DNA of 64,000 nt from IMG/VR virus record IMGVR_UViG_3300020336_000004, positions 1-64,000 of that record; one strand, written 5' to 3'. This DNA is from a virus. Its lineage: Duplodnaviria; Caudoviricetes. How positions within the stretch are numbered: position 1 is the stretch's first letter; each line of letters begins with the position of its first letter. Shown here one piece after another: positions 7,986-18,004 of the stretch. A program made the translations under genes and the position numbers. Under the pieces are notes generated by a model. The model was not told the DNA's origin, did not search any database, and saw only the letters and a list, made by a program, of their open reading frames with translations.

Positions 7986-10191
7986 ATTGGAGTGCTAATA
8001 GACTGTTATTTAAATCAATTTTGACAGTTCCGCCATTTTTAAGTTTACCAAATAGTAACTCTTTTGACAATGGACGTTTAATATCTTGGTCAATAACTCG
8101 TTGTAAAGGTCTTGCACCCATTTTTTTATTAAATCCTTTGTCTACAAGATAGTCTAATGCTTCATCGGATACAGTAATTTCAACGTTTTTATCTTTGACC
8201 ATATTCTTAAGTTCAAGTAAGAACTTGCCAACAATTTTCATCATAACAGGTTTGCCTAACCTATTGAATGTAATGACGCCATCTAATCTATTTCTAAATT
8301 CTGGTGCAAAGAAACGTTTAAATTCATCATCACCATACTCGTCTTCTTCGCCGTCGTTAAATCCTATAGCATTTTTATCAGCTTCAACTGCACCAAGGTT
8401 AGTTGTAAGTATTAGTACACAATTACGTGCATCGGCTTCTTTACCGTTAGACCCAGTAACTTTACCATTGTCCATAACTTGTAATAAGATTTGTGAAATG
8501 TCTGGATGTGACTTTTCAATTTCATCTAATAGTAATACACAGTTAGGGTTTTCTTGAAGTTTTGTAATTAGTAGACCATTGTTATCTTCAAAACCAACAT
8601 AACCTGGAGGAGACCCAATTAGTTTACTAACACTATGTTTTTCTTGATATTCACTCATATCAAAACGTACTAATTCAACACCTAAGTTATGTGCAAGTTG
8701 TTTTGCAGTTTCAGTTTTACCGCAACCAGTTGGACCCATAAACACAAATGAACCAATAGGCTTATCATCAGGCTTAAGACCTGCTTGTGCGACTAGTATT
8801 TTATCTGTAATACTATCTATTGCATTGTCTTGACCGTAAACAACTTTTTTCATATTAGTATCTAAATTTTTAAGTTGATTAGATTCAGTTTCCATAATTT
8901 GTTCTGAAGGCATTTTTACAATTTTAGAAAGTTCAAACTGTACTTCTTTAGTGCCTATAACTTTTTTCTTTGCTTTTTTTAGATTGAACCTTGAACAAGC
9001 AAGGTCTAATAAGTCAATTGCTTTATCAGGCAATTTTTTATCTGTTTGATACTTAATACTTGTTTTAATTGCCGCGTCAATAGCATCTTCGGTAATTTCA
9101 ACACTATGAAATTCTTCGTAGTATTTTTTAATTCCTAATAGAATATCTTTAGTAACTGATGCACTTGGTTCGTCAATTGACACTCTTTGGAATCTACGCA
9201 TCAATGCACGATCTTTTTCAAAGTATTGACGGTATTCATCCCAAGTAGTTGATGCAACAACTTTTAAGTTACCTTTTGTAAGTGCAGGTTTTAGCATATT
9301 TGCTAAGTCATTGGAACTACCTTGCCCGCCTGCTCCTGCACCATTCATCATGTGTGCTTCATCTATGAACATAATAGTTTTGCCTTTTTTCTTAAGGCCT
9401 GCTAGTACAAGTTTAAAGCGTTCTTCGAAGTCTCCGCGATATTTACTACCTGCTAACATACTACCAATGTCTAACATGTATACATTATAATCTTCTAAAA
9501 ATTTAGGTACCATTTTATTTACAATGTTATATGCTAGTCCTTCTGCGATTGCAGTTTTACCAACTCCTGGTTCACCAACAAGTAATACATTGTTTTTCTG
9601 TCTACGTCCTAATGCTAATGCAATGCTTTCTAGTTCTTCTGAACGGCCAATAACTGGATCAATTTTCTTATTATCTACTTCAGTGTTTAAATTTGTTGTA
9701 AACGCATTTAATGCTCTTGCCGCTGCACCACTCATTTCTTCGTCTTCAAATGTTGCTTCAACCTCTTGTTGCAAATAGTCCAAAAATTTCTCTTTATCAA
9801 TGCCTGCTTTTTCTAAATAGTAATAAGCATGGCTTTTCTTCTCTGAAAGCATACTTAAGAATACATCACTTAGGCCAATTTCTGCTCTACCTGCAAACAA
9901 AACTTGTGTGAATGATCTATTAAGTACTCTTTCTACTGCGGCTGTTTTCTTAGGCTTATATTTGTCAAGCTCAATAACAATTTCGGAACAGTTCTCTTTT
10001 AAATATTTTTCAATGTTTACTTTAATGTATTGAATATCAACGCCAAAGCCTGATAATAAGTTGCTAAATTTTTCTTCACAAAGCATAGCAAAAAGTAAAT
10101 GTTCCAAGGTGACATATTCATGCTTTAATATGCCTGCGTCTTTTACTGCTTTATCAAATACTAACTGTAAATCTTTATTGGGTTCTACCAT
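7948..10191 (-). CDS. clpA: ClpA ATP-dependent Clp protease ATPase subunit
   Basis: Clp N-domain (HEYVTLEHLL), two Walker A motifs (GEPGVGKT, GPTGCGKT), LPDKAIDLLD, IGF loop, GARPL. Confidence 0.92.
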   Translation of the reverse strand: MVEPNKDLQLVFDKAVKDAGILKHEYVTLEHLLFAMLCEEKFSNLLSGFGVDIQYIKVNIEKYLKENCSEIVIELDKYKPKKTAAVERVLNRSFTQVLFAGRAEIGLSDVFLSMLSEKKSHAYYYLEKAGIDKEKFLDYLQQEVEATFEDEEMSGAAARALNAFTTNLNTEVDNKKIDPVIGRSEELESIALALGRRQKNNVLLVGEPGVGKTAIAEGLAYNIVNKMVPKFLEDYNVYMLDIGSMLAGSKYRGDFEERFKLVLAGLKKKGKTIMFIDEAHMMNGAGAGGQGSSNDLANMLKPALTKGNLKVVASTTWDEYRQYFEKDRALMRRFQRVSIDEPSASVTKDILLGIKKYYEEFHSVEITEDAIDAAIKTSIKYQTDKKLPDKAIDLLDLACSRFNLKKAKKKVIGTKEVQFELSKIVKMPSEQIMETESNQLKNLDTNMKKVVYGQDNAIDSITDKILVAQAGLKPDDKPIGSFVFMGPTGCGKTETAKQLAHNLGVELVRFDMSEYQEKHSVSKLIGSPPGYVGFEDNNGLLITKLQENPNCVLLLDEIEKSHPDISQILLQVMDNGKVTGSNGKEADARNCVLILTTNLGAVEADKNAIGFNDGEEDEYGDDEFKRFFAPEFRNRLDGVITFNRLGKPVMMKIVGKFLLELKNMVKDKNVEITVSDEALDYLVDKGFNKKMGARPLQRVIDQDIKRPLSKELLFGKLKNGGTVKIDLNNSLLALQCEEKKIVEVHNE

Positions 10192-10696
10192 GTCTTTTTA
10201 ACCTTTTTGCTAACTTGTCTTGTTTCTTTTTTGCCATCTCTAGTTTAAGTTTTGAAACTCGTTCTATAAACTCTATACCTTGTAAATGATCATACTCATG
10301 TGCAAAGCATCTAGCATCTATGCCAGTAAACTCTATTATACACTCTTTGCCTTCTATGTCAAGAAACTGTGCTACCAATCTTTTAGGTCTAGATATATTT
10401 AAAAATAATAAAGGATAACTTAAACAGCCTTCTGGTCCATTAATTGTTTCGTCACTAACTTCTCTTATAATAGGATTTATAACTGCAAACGGTTTTGTAA
10501 CTTCCTTATTTTCTAAAGGTCTCATTACAAATAATTGACAGTTTAATCCAACTTGATTAGCGGACAATCCTAATCCGTCATTGTCCATCATAATCTTACA
10601 CATTTCACCTGATATCTGAACAACATCCATACTGTCAAAGTCAAACGGTTGGCATACAGTTTGTAAATGTGTACTTGGTGCTTTAACTAGTTCCAT
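10175..10696 (-). CDS. def: Peptide deformylase
   Basis: GLGLSANQVG, EGCLS, HEYDHLQG motifs. Confidence 0.95.
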   Translation of the reverse strand: MELVKAPSTHLQTVCQPFDFDSMDVVQISGEMCKIMMDNDGLGLSANQVGLNCQLFVMRPLENKEVTKPFAVINPIIREVSDETINGPEGCLSYPLLFLNISRPKRLVAQFLDIEGKECIIEFTGIDARCFAHEYDHLQGIEFIERVSKLKLEMAKKKQDKLAKRLKRHGRTQ

Positions 10697-11516
10697 CTTT
10701 AATATTTTTAATATTTTGTAACATTTCTTCGTTTGTTATTTTTGGAGTAGCCCCGTCTACAGTAACATACAAGTTTCCTTTATGTCCTCTCCTATTTGGT
10801 AATCCCTGCCCATGCATACTAAATGTTGTACCAGGATTAGTACCAGGAGGGACTTTTAAACAAAAGCTATTTCCATCTAATGTACTAATAATTATCTCAG
10901 TACCTAGTATTAGATCCAAGGTATTGACTTTTTCTAAACATATTAAATTTGGTCCCTCTTTTTGAAATCTATCATGTTTTTTTAAAAGTATTCGTAAGTT
11001 TAAATTACCTGGAGGGACTTCCTTTATAGTATTGTCTCCCCAACCGTTAAATCTTATTACAGCATTTTCTTCAAACCCTGGCGGTAAATCTGCATCTAAT
11101 GTTTTTTGCTCTCCGCTTGGTATTGTATAACTAATTCTTACTTTTTTACCTGTAAAGACTTCTTCTAAGGTTGCGTTATAGTTTATATTAATATCTTTAT
11201 TTTTCCAAGATCGCTGTTGTTGGAACGGACTGCCGCCTCCAAAATTACGCATAAGTTCTTCAAACATGTCTGCGTTTAAGTGACTACTATGAAACTGTTG
11301 GCCGCCACCTCTAAATCCAAACTGAGGCTGTGGATTATCATATTCAGATTTCTTTTGAGGGTCTTTAAGTGTTGCGTATGCTTCGTTAACTTTTTTAAAT
11401 TGTTCTTCGTCACCACCCCTATCGGGATGATGCTTCATACTTTGTTTTTTGTATGCTTTTTTAAGTTCGTCTTGAGAAGCGTTTCGGGTTACACCTAGTA
11501 TGTCGTAATAGTCCAT
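10683..11516 (-). CDS. dnaJ: DnaJ/CbpA-class co-chaperone (no Zn finger)
   Basis: DYYDILGV, HHPDRGG J-domain, G/F region, C-terminal DnaJ domain. Confidence 0.9.
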   Translation of the reverse strand: MDYYDILGVTRNASQDELKKAYKKQSMKHHPDRGGDEEQFKKVNEAYATLKDPQKKSEYDNPQPQFGFRGGGQQFHSSHLNADMFEELMRNFGGGSPFQQQRSWKNKDININYNATLEEVFTGKKVRISYTIPSGEQKTLDADLPPGFEENAVIRFNGWGDNTIKEVPPGNLNLRILLKKHDRFQKEGPNLICLEKVNTLDLILGTEIIISTLDGNSFCLKVPPGTNPGTTFSMHGQGLPNRRGHKGNLYVTVDGATPKITNEEMLQNIKNIKDGTS

Positions 11517-11533
11517 ACTATTACTTATTTAGG

Positions 11534-11833
11534 TTATTTGTCTCTTTTACTAGTTCCGGTGTATAATCCAAACCATGCTGCACCAGCACCAACCACAATA
11601 CTAATTAAACCACTTTGTTCCATTGTAGGAGCCGCTAATTCCATGTACCATATAACGCATTTGTAAAGTAAAACAATATAAACAGTTAAGAATAATCTTG
11701 GGAATATTCTCCAAGCATCAACAGCTTTTGCCATATCAATAAGTCCTTGATATTTATTCTTAGAACTATCAACTGTACTTGTATCTACTTCTAGCTCAAT
11801 GTTTACTTTTTTAGTTTGTATATCGTCACTCAT
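11534..11833 (-). CDS. Two-TM membrane protein
   Basis: DAWRIFPR followed by two hydrophobic helices. Confidence 0.6.
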   Translation of the reverse strand: MSDDIQTKKVNIELEVDTSTVDSSKNKYQGLIDMAKAVDAWRIFPRLFLTVYIVLLYKCVIWYMELAAPTMEQSGLISIVVGAGAAWFGLYTGTSKRDK

Positions 11834-11989
11834 CTCAGTCCCTTATATTTGATGTGTATCAGTTTCTTTATACTCAACATTTTTCTTTTGCCCGCCAAGT
11901 ATCTTAGTTTTCAATCTAACCTTTATTGGATTTTCCATCTTTTTTAATGCTTGTTCTCTAGTAATAGGATCTAATCTTACAATTTTCAT

Positions 11990-12268
11990 CTATTTTTTCT
12001 CCAATTCGTTGATACGACTTTCAAGTTCGTCGATCTTTTTTGTAACATATGGGTATTTTTTACGCCAAGCATCTTCTGGTTGTTGCAACCAAGTCCATCC
12101 CCAGCGGTTTACTAAAAAGTCTAAGATTAAATCAAACTTGGCATATAGCCATAGACCAAAACGTGTGCTTTTAAAGTAGGTAGAAAACGCTAGACCAAAC
12201 AGCGAACCTAGTATGGCTGTGTATATCCATAGTCTATCAGATGCTAATCTTTCAATCATTTCCCACAT
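11990..12268 (-). CDS. Hypothetical membrane protein
   Basis: N-terminal TM helix; TATAAATA at 12295-12302 upstream. Confidence 0.6.
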   Translation of the reverse strand: MWEMIERLASDRLWIYTAILGSLFGLAFSTYFKSTRFGLWLYAKFDLILDFLVNRWGWTWLQQPEDAWRKKYPYVTKKIDELESRINELEKK

Positions 12269-12317
12269 AGTAACCCCTTGTGTTATTATGTAGTTATTTA
12301 TATGATTTTATATTGAA

Positions 12318-12500
12318 TTATGTTCCTAAGGAAATTCCTTGTTGTATAAAGTAGAAAGAAACCATCATAAGCCCAAGCATTACTACTTGCACTACTGATG
12401 CTATAGCAACAAAGTGCAAAGCTCTTTCAGCCCACCAAGTCCTATCACCTTCTTGCCATTCTTTTATTTCTTGTTCTGTTGCTTCTTTATAATTGTTCAA
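12318..12500 (-). CDS. Small membrane protein
   Basis: 60 aa, one TM segment. Confidence 0.5.
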   Translation of the reverse strand: MNNYKEATEQEIKEWQEGDRTWWAERALHFVAIASVVQVVMLGLMMVSFYFIQQGISLGT

Positions 12501-12924
12501 TGTATTTACTTAATGTTTGTATTTGTTGATCTGTTAGATTACCAGCTTGGCCCCACATTAAAACTGATTGTGGCCCACGGGTTTCATTATTTCTATATTG
12601 GTTAAGTGCAGTAGTTATATAACTTGATGATTGGCCAGCGAGCTTTGGAAATGCTGCTACACCTTGTCCATCTGTACCATGACAAGCTGCACATCCTGCC
12701 CAAAGTCCTTTTATAGAACTAAATTCATCTGCTGCAGCTAATATAGCCTTTGCTTCCATTTGTTCTGTTAATGTTCCATTTACTGCAATATAATTTTTAT
12801 AGCATTCTCCATAACAACTATGTGTGCTTGGATAACCTTTATATTCCATATCAGGATATACTACGCCAACAAAAAATAAACTGAAGCAAAAACATCCAAA
12901 TAATACCATTCCTAATTCTTTCAT
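12487..12924 (-). CDS. Membrane-anchored class I cytochrome c (c553/c4-like)
   Basis: CAACHG heme motif, PKLAGQ, distal Met (SVLMWGQA), N-terminal hydrophobic anchor. Confidence 0.85.
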   Translation of the reverse strand: MKELGMVLFGCFCFSLFFVGVVYPDMEYKGYPSTHSCYGECYKNYIAVNGTLTEQMEAKAILAAADEFSSIKGLWAGCAACHGTDGQGVAAFPKLAGQSSSYITTALNQYRNNETRGPQSVLMWGQAGNLTDQQIQTLSKYIEQL

Positions 12925-12930
12925 AACTCT

Positions 12931-13110
12931 TTATCCTCTACGATAAAGTTCACGCTTTACTTTTTGAATTATTTTAGGTTGGGCACTACTTTTTTCTAAA
13001 TACTCTTGGAGTTCACTTAATGAAGTATTCTTAATATAGAAGTGTTGTGTTTTAATTTTGCCAGATGCTTTATCTCTAACAGTTTGTGATTTTTTAAATT
13101 TTTCTGGCAT
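12931..13110 (-). CDS. Small basic hypothetical protein (absent from ORF track)
   Basis: Manual translation MPEKFKKSQTVRDKASGKIKTQHFYIKN...; ATG overlaps the iscU stop. Confidence 0.5.
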   Translation of the reverse strand: MPEKFKKSQTVRDKASGKIKTQHFYIKNTSLSELQEYLEKSSAQPKIIQKVKRELYRRG

Positions 13111-13535
13111 TATCGAGGTCCTCCGTTGTGTTCTCTTATCTTTCTTTTGCTATCCCAATCATTAATAGCTTTTTTAATTGAATCTTCTGCTAGTACAGAA
13201 CAGTGTATTTTAATTGGAGGCAATTCTAATGCATCTGCAATATCTTTATCTTTTATTTCTCTTGCTTCGTCTATAGTTTTTCCTTTGAGCATTTCAACAA
13301 ACATTGTTGAACTTGCAATAGCACTACCGCAACCGTACGTTTTAAAAACTACATCTTGAATCCTGTCATCGTCGTCTAGTTTAAGTTGTAGTCTCATAAC
13401 ATCGCCACATGCAGGAGCACCAGTCATTCCAGTTGCTACTTTAGGATCTGCTGGATCAAACTTCCCCACATTGAATGTATCAGGATTTGATAAAACTCCT
13501 TTAAATCTTTTTGTTACTTCTTCTGAATATGCCAT
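13110..13535 (-). CDS. iscU: Fe-S scaffold IscU
   Basis: GAPACGDVM, FKTYGCGSAIASS, LPPIKIHCSVLAED. Confidence 0.95.
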   Translation of the reverse strand: MAYSEEVTKRFKGVLSNPDTFNVGKFDPADPKVATGMTGAPACGDVMRLQLKLDDDDRIQDVVFKTYGCGSAIASSTMFVEMLKGKTIDEAREIKDKDIADALELPPIKIHCSVLAEDSIKKAINDWDSKRKIREHNGGPR

Positions 13536-13544
13536 ACTAATCTC

Positions 13545-14762
13545 CTAATGCATGTACTCGGACCAATTGAACCTTTCCATGTCAACACCGTCTTGGTACA
13601 TGTCCCATAGTGGTGATAATTGTCTTAATTTTTCAACTACATCTAGTAGTATATCTGCCGTTTGGTTAATATCTTCAATTGTAGTCTGCCTACCAAAACT
13701 AAATCGTATACTACTATGTGCTAATTCGTCTGCTCTGCCTAATGCACGTAATACATAACTTGGTTCAAGTGTTGCACTTGTACATGCACTACCGCTACTA
13801 ACAGCAACATTTTCTAAAGCCATAATTAAACTTTCGCCTTCAATAAAATTAAAACTAATATTTAAAATGTTTTTAACTTTATGGAGAAGACTTCCATTAA
13901 AATATACTTCTTCAACTTGGCTAACCCTTTCTAATAAACGATCATGTAATATTGCTACATGAGCTTTATCTTCTTCAAATCTTTCTTTTGCAATTCTGTA
14001 TGCTTCGCCCATTCCTACAATTTGATGTGTAGGAAGTGTTCCACTTCTATTTCCTCTTTCGTGGCCACCACCATGCATTTGTGCTCTAATTCTTGCACGT
14101 GGTTTACGTCTAATATATAATGCACCAACACCTTTAGGACCATATGTTTTATGTGCTGACAAACTCATTAAATGTACAGGAAGTTCTGCTAAATTAATTT
14201 CTATTTTACCTGTGGCTTGTGCTGCATCAACGTGAAACGTAATTTTTTTATCAAAGCAAAGTTTACCAATGTTTTCAATATCATTAATAGTACCAAGTTC
14301 GTTATTGATAAACATAATACTTACAAGTATAGTATCTTCTCTAATTGCGTCAGAAATCATATCTGCTGTTATAATTCCATCATCATTTGGTTCAAGATAT
14401 GTTACTTCGAATCCATCACGTTCAAGTTCTCTGCAAGGATCAAGTACCGCTTTGTGTTCAATTTTACTTGTAATAATATGTTTGCCGTTTGATTGGTAAA
14501 ATTCTGCTGTACCTTTAATAGCAAGGTTATCTGCTTCAGTAGCACCACTTGTGAATACAATTTCTCTTGGATCAGCACCAATAAGGTTTGATACTTGTTT
14601 TCTTGCTGTATCAATTGCTTGATCAGCTTCCCAGCCAAAACTATGACTTCTACTTGCAGGATTACCAAATTCACCCTCAAAGGTGAGATATTTGGCCATT
14701 AATCCTGCAACTTCGGGATCGCACGGTGTAGTTGATGCGTAGTCTAAATATACTCTTTTCAT
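13545..14762 (-). CDS. iscS: Cysteine desulfurase IscS
   Basis: [26 protein letters not shown] (PLP Lys), SSGSACTS (catalytic Cys), SPLWDM tail. Confidence 0.95.
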   Translation of the reverse strand: MKRVYLDYASTTPCDPEVAGLMAKYLTFEGEFGNPASRSHSFGWEADQAIDTARKQVSNLIGADPREIVFTSGATEADNLAIKGTAEFYQSNGKHIITSKIEHKAVLDPCRELERDGFEVTYLEPNDDGIITADMISDAIREDTILVSIMFINNELGTINDIENIGKLCFDKKITFHVDAAQATGKIEINLAELPVHLMSLSAHKTYGPKGVGALYIRRKPRARIRAQMHGGGHERGNRSGTLPTHQIVGMGEAYRIAKERFEEDKAHVAILHDRLLERVSQVEEVYFNGSLLHKVKNILNISFNFIEGESLIMALENVAVSSGSACTSATLEPSYVLRALGRADELAHSSIRFSFGRQTTIEDINQTADILLDVVEKLRQLSPLWDMYQDGVDMERFNWSEYMH

Positions 14763-14782
14763 AAATTTTTAGTTATATAACT

Positions 14783-14811
14783 ATTATAACAAAATTATTA
14801 ATTATTGTCAA
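14783..14811 (-). promoter_or_regulatory. Consensus sigma70 promoter for iscS-iscU
   Basis: TTGACA-N17-TATAAT. Confidence 0.85.
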
Positions 14812-15187
14812 CCTTTTGGTCTTGCTCACCTTCGTAATATTCTTTGTAAGCATCAATAATCTTATTTTGTTTTATCATGTATGCACGTATTTGTGCATAA
14901 TTCATTCTGAAGTTTTCGTAATCTTCGTCAGTTAACCCTATAATAATAGGATCAATATTTTTCTTTTCTAGGTCTGCAAATACTTCTTCTGCATTTTCTC
15001 TGTTGATGATAATCCAACGAACTTGTTCAAGTTCTGCTGGTGCAGGCAAAGGCAAGTTAAGCGGTCGACGTTCTACTTCTGTCTTAAAAATTTCTAACGG
15101 CTGAATCGTACTACAACTAGTAAGGAACGTAGTTAGGATTAGCAAGTTCAGGACAAACAGTATTTGTCTGTGACTTCTTTGTAGCAT
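14798..15187 (-). CDS. o-spanin (Rz1-like lipoprotein)
   Basis: Lipobox FLTSC, Pro-rich segment, overlaps the 3' end of the i-spanin. Confidence 0.7.
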   Translation of the reverse strand: MLQRSHRQILFVLNLLILTTFLTSCSTIQPLEIFKTEVERRPLNLPLPAPAELEQVRWIIINRENAEEVFADLEKKNIDPIIIGLTDEDYENFRMNYAQIRAYMIKQNKIIDAYKEYYEGEQDQKVDNN

Positions 15188-15617
15188 TTAACTCCTCTTC
15201 AGTTAACTCTGCACCTTGTATAATTTCAAAACAACGTCTTTCGTTAACTTCATCTTTATTTAAAATTCTTTCTATTGATTTTGGTCTTGTTATAGACAAA
15301 TTACCAATATCTCTTCTATCACCTGCCGCATTCAATTTATTAAATTTCTCTTTTAAATTTTTATTTGCAGTTTCTAACATTCTATTTACATCTTCAAGCT
15401 CATCTCTAACTTCTATAATGGCTTCAAAGTCTTCTTGTTGTTGTGCAATTACAGCCTTTTGCTCATTAATGCCATCTTCAAGTTTGATAATATTTGCTTT
15501 TGCAGTATCGAGATCATTTTGTAGTTTTTTAACATACAAAAATCCTCCTCCAGCAGATGCAAGAACTACTAGTATTAGTGCTATACGCAAACTACTAAAC
15601 AACGTGTTTCTCCACAA
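15117..15617 (-). CDS. i-spanin (Rz-like)
   Basis: N-terminal TM + coiled coil + C-terminal Cys, downstream of endolysin; real start may be TTG at 15603. Confidence 0.7.
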   Translation of the reverse strand: MWRNTLFSSLRIALILVVLASAGGGFLYVKKLQNDLDTAKANIIKLEDGINEQKAVIAQQQEDFEAIIEVRDELEDVNRMLETANKNLKEKFNKLNAAGDRRDIGNLSITRPKSIERILNKDEVNERRCFEIIQGAELTEEELNATKKSQTNTVCPELANPNYVPY

Positions 15618-15822
15618 CGTTTAATAAATCTTGTACAGTTCCGATATCAAATGTTTCTTCTTCAGGTATATCAATTTTTAATTTTTTACACACTTGATCT
15701 GTAACATCAACAATATCAAAATCATCACCGTTTAAATCGTCTATAAAATGACTTGTTTCAGTGATCCCTTTGTCAGTACCAAAGTGTCTCTCTAGTACTT
15801 CTATTACTTGTTCTTTCCACAT
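15595..15822 (-). CDS. Acyl carrier protein homolog lacking the phosphopantetheinylated Ser
   Basis: FIDDLNGDDFDIVDV...IDIPEEE...IGTVQDL aligns with ACP FxxDLGADSLDxVEL...IEIPDEE...ITTVQ. Confidence 0.75.
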   Translation of the reverse strand: MWKEQVIEVLERHFGTDKGITETSHFIDDLNGDDFDIVDVTDQVCKKLKIDIPEEETFDIGTVQDLLNVVEKHVV

Positions 15823-15827
15823 AAAGT

Positions 15828-16667
15828 TTACTCCATAAGTTTAGCTAGTGTTTTAGGACCAACTATGCCATCAGCAACTAGTCCATTTTCTTCTTGCCAC
15901 TCCATTACAACTCTTTGAGTATTAGGACCAAAGTCACCATCAGCCGGAATACCCAAGGCTTCTTGCAGCTCTACTACTCCCGGCCCTTTTGAACCTTTTC
16001 TTAGTATACCAACCGAAGGAGCAGAACTTACTTTTGGGTCAAAGTTACCTCCAAGTACGTCTAAGAAGTGTTTGTAATGCTTTGTACGATCTTCTAAGCC
16101 AATAGTACCACCGTTAACTTTTTTACTCATTGCTACAATGTCTTGCTCGTCTGCCATAGCATTAATTTTTCTTGTATCCCAATACCAACATGCACTTTCT
16201 AATGCACCTTTGATTGTTGTAACATAATCAATTACTTCTTCTGCTGTTAAGTCAATAGTTTTTCCAAAGTCGGCATAGTTAGCACGACCAGTTAATTGAA
16301 TAACACCTCTGCCACGGAAACGCCAACCGTCACCTGATTCAGTATCACCGTTACCAATTCTATTTGCGTATGTTACGTTTGCAATTTTTTCTGGCTGTCT
16401 TGCATATTCATTTGCATCTCTACCACCACGTGCAAAATATTTGCCAAAGACAGCATCTAGTGCTTTTGCACTGTAATTTAAGTTTTCTTCTAATACTCTA
16501 AAGTTAAGACTCTCATGAGCACATTGAGCCAAAAAGCCGGCTGCTCTATCAACAGTATCAATTTCGTATTTTGGAAGCATTTCTAGTAATGCTTCATACC
16601 ATTCATCAACATGTTTATTGCCGTGTAATATTTCCTCACACATTTCTTTTGTAAATTCAAATTTCAT
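15828..16667 (-). CDS. Endolysin: GH19 domain + C-terminal peptidoglycan-binding domain
   Basis: FLAQCAHES, ENLNYS, FRGRGVIQLTG, VNGGTIGLEDR; DGIVGPKT; late motif AATAAATA at 16709-16716. Confidence 0.9.
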   Translation of the reverse strand: MKFEFTKEMCEEILHGNKHVDEWYEALLEMLPKYEIDTVDRAAGFLAQCAHESLNFRVLEENLNYSAKALDAVFGKYFARGGRDANEYARQPEKIANVTYANRIGNGDTESGDGWRFRGRGVIQLTGRANYADFGKTIDLTAEEVIDYVTTIKGALESACWYWDTRKINAMADEQDIVAMSKKVNGGTIGLEDRTKHYKHFLDVLGGNFDPKVSSAPSVGILRKGSKGPGVVELQEALGIPADGDFGPNTQRVVMEWQEENGLVADGIVGPKTLAKLME

Positions 16668-16721
16668 GTTCGCTATCCTTTATATGTGCGGCATCAAGCC
16701 GTCATTTGTATTTATTAATGC

Positions 16722-17438
16722 TTATGTTAAACGTTGTAAAACTAGAGACTTATCAGCATTATCAAACACAAGTTTATTACCATATTTTGAAATATTGTAA
16801 TCTCCTATGTATTTTGACAAAAATATAATCTCTGCAAAATTATTAACATCAAATGTTTCATTAATTCTATTTAAAACTTTTTCTGTGTCATCAAAATCTA
16901 CATATTTAAAGTGTAAAGGATCTGCATACGATTTTTTAATAGTAAGAGTTTCGTCATGCATCTGTACACTTTCAATATAACTTTTGTTAAAAAAGTTTTG
17001 AAAATTTTCTAAACTAACACTATTTCTTTTTACCCCGTATTGATCAGGGTCGACAGGTATTTCTTCTTGGAGTTTATCTAATGTTATAGGATGACTTCTA
17101 AAGTTCTTATAATATCTAAATCTAAGCTCTTCATTGTCAGTAAGTTTTTTTAATCCTTCAACAATTTCTAATATATTTTCTGCAACATCTTTATTACGTT
17201 CCATTTCAACAAATACTTTATATGTACCGTCTGATTGTTCACCTGCTGTAACATCTGCATCTAATATAAAGTTATAACCTTTTTCAAAGAAACTTACAAG
17301 GTCCTTAGCAGGTTCTTTTGATTTAACGCTAAATGCAACAGTAACAATATCTTTATCGTCGCCCATTTTACTTGCATATGAATCTATTTCTAAAATTTTA
17401 TATACTAAATGATTTAAATCTGATTGTTGTAATCCCAT
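16722..17438 (-). CDS. Hypothetical large-phage protein
   Basis: 238-aa ORF. Confidence 0.6.
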   Translation of the reverse strand: MGLQQSDLNHLVYKILEIDSYASKMGDDKDIVTVAFSVKSKEPAKDLVSFFEKGYNFILDADVTAGEQSDGTYKVFVEMERNKDVAENILEIVEGLKKLTDNEELRFRYYKNFRSHPITLDKLQEEIPVDPDQYGVKRNSVSLENFQNFFNKSYIESVQMHDETLTIKKSYADPLHFKYVDFDDTEKVLNRINETFDVNNFAEIIFLSKYIGDYNISKYGNKLVFDNADKSLVLQRLT

Positions 17439-17440
17439 TA

Positions 17441-18004
17441 CTATACTCCTGGTTCACTAGCTGTTGGTGCCGGCAATTCTGCTCCAGTTGGCATTGGCGC
17501 TGCTGGTGTTGGAGTTTCCATGCCGCCAGCTGGTGCTACATCTGCTGTAGGATTCTCTTGTGCAGGTTCAGCCTCAAATTTCTTCATTTCACTATAACCT
17601 GTGTAAATATCTGCTATCAGTGTTTTAGGCATTTTTATTTCAACTACCCAAATTGGTTCTTTGTCTAGTTTACCTTTTTTAGTTCCAGGACGTATATCGT
17701 CTGGTTGACGTATTTTACGTGGTTTAATAACATTTTCTTTTGCGTATGTAACTTTGCAGTCATATTCTAATAGTCTTTTCCCGCCCATTGGATTAGGCAT
17801 CTTATTTCGAGGCCACATAAAAGAACATGTTATCCAATGCCTGTCAATTACAGGTCCGTCAAGTAGTTCACCATCTTTCCAATTTTCAAAGACATAGATA
17901 TCTAGTTCGTCGATTACACGCTCAAAGTCCTTTAAAACTTGAAAAGAGGTATTGCTATCGTATATACCTTCTATGTTTTTTATAATATCATATATGTCAC
18001 GCAT
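17441..18004 (-). CDS. Hypothetical large-phage protein
   Basis: 187-aa ORF behind late motif GATAAATA at 18029-18036. Confidence 0.6.
   Translation of the reverse strand: MRDIYDIIKNIEGIYDSNTSFQVLKDFERVIDELDIYVFENWKDGELLDGPVIDRHWITCSFMWPRNKMPNPMGGKRLLEYDCKVTYAKENVIKPRKIRQPDDIRPGTKKGKLDKEPIWVVEIKMPKTLIADIYTGYSEMKKFEAEPAQENPTADVAPAGGMETPTPAAPMPTGAELPAPTASEPGV

Noticed and set aside
7948-14762. Bacterial chromosome or host contamination (clpA, def, dnaJ, iscSU)
   Set aside because: These genes are interleaved and overlapped with phage genes, share composition and phage promoter motifs, and lack bacterial operon partners such as iscR and hscBA.
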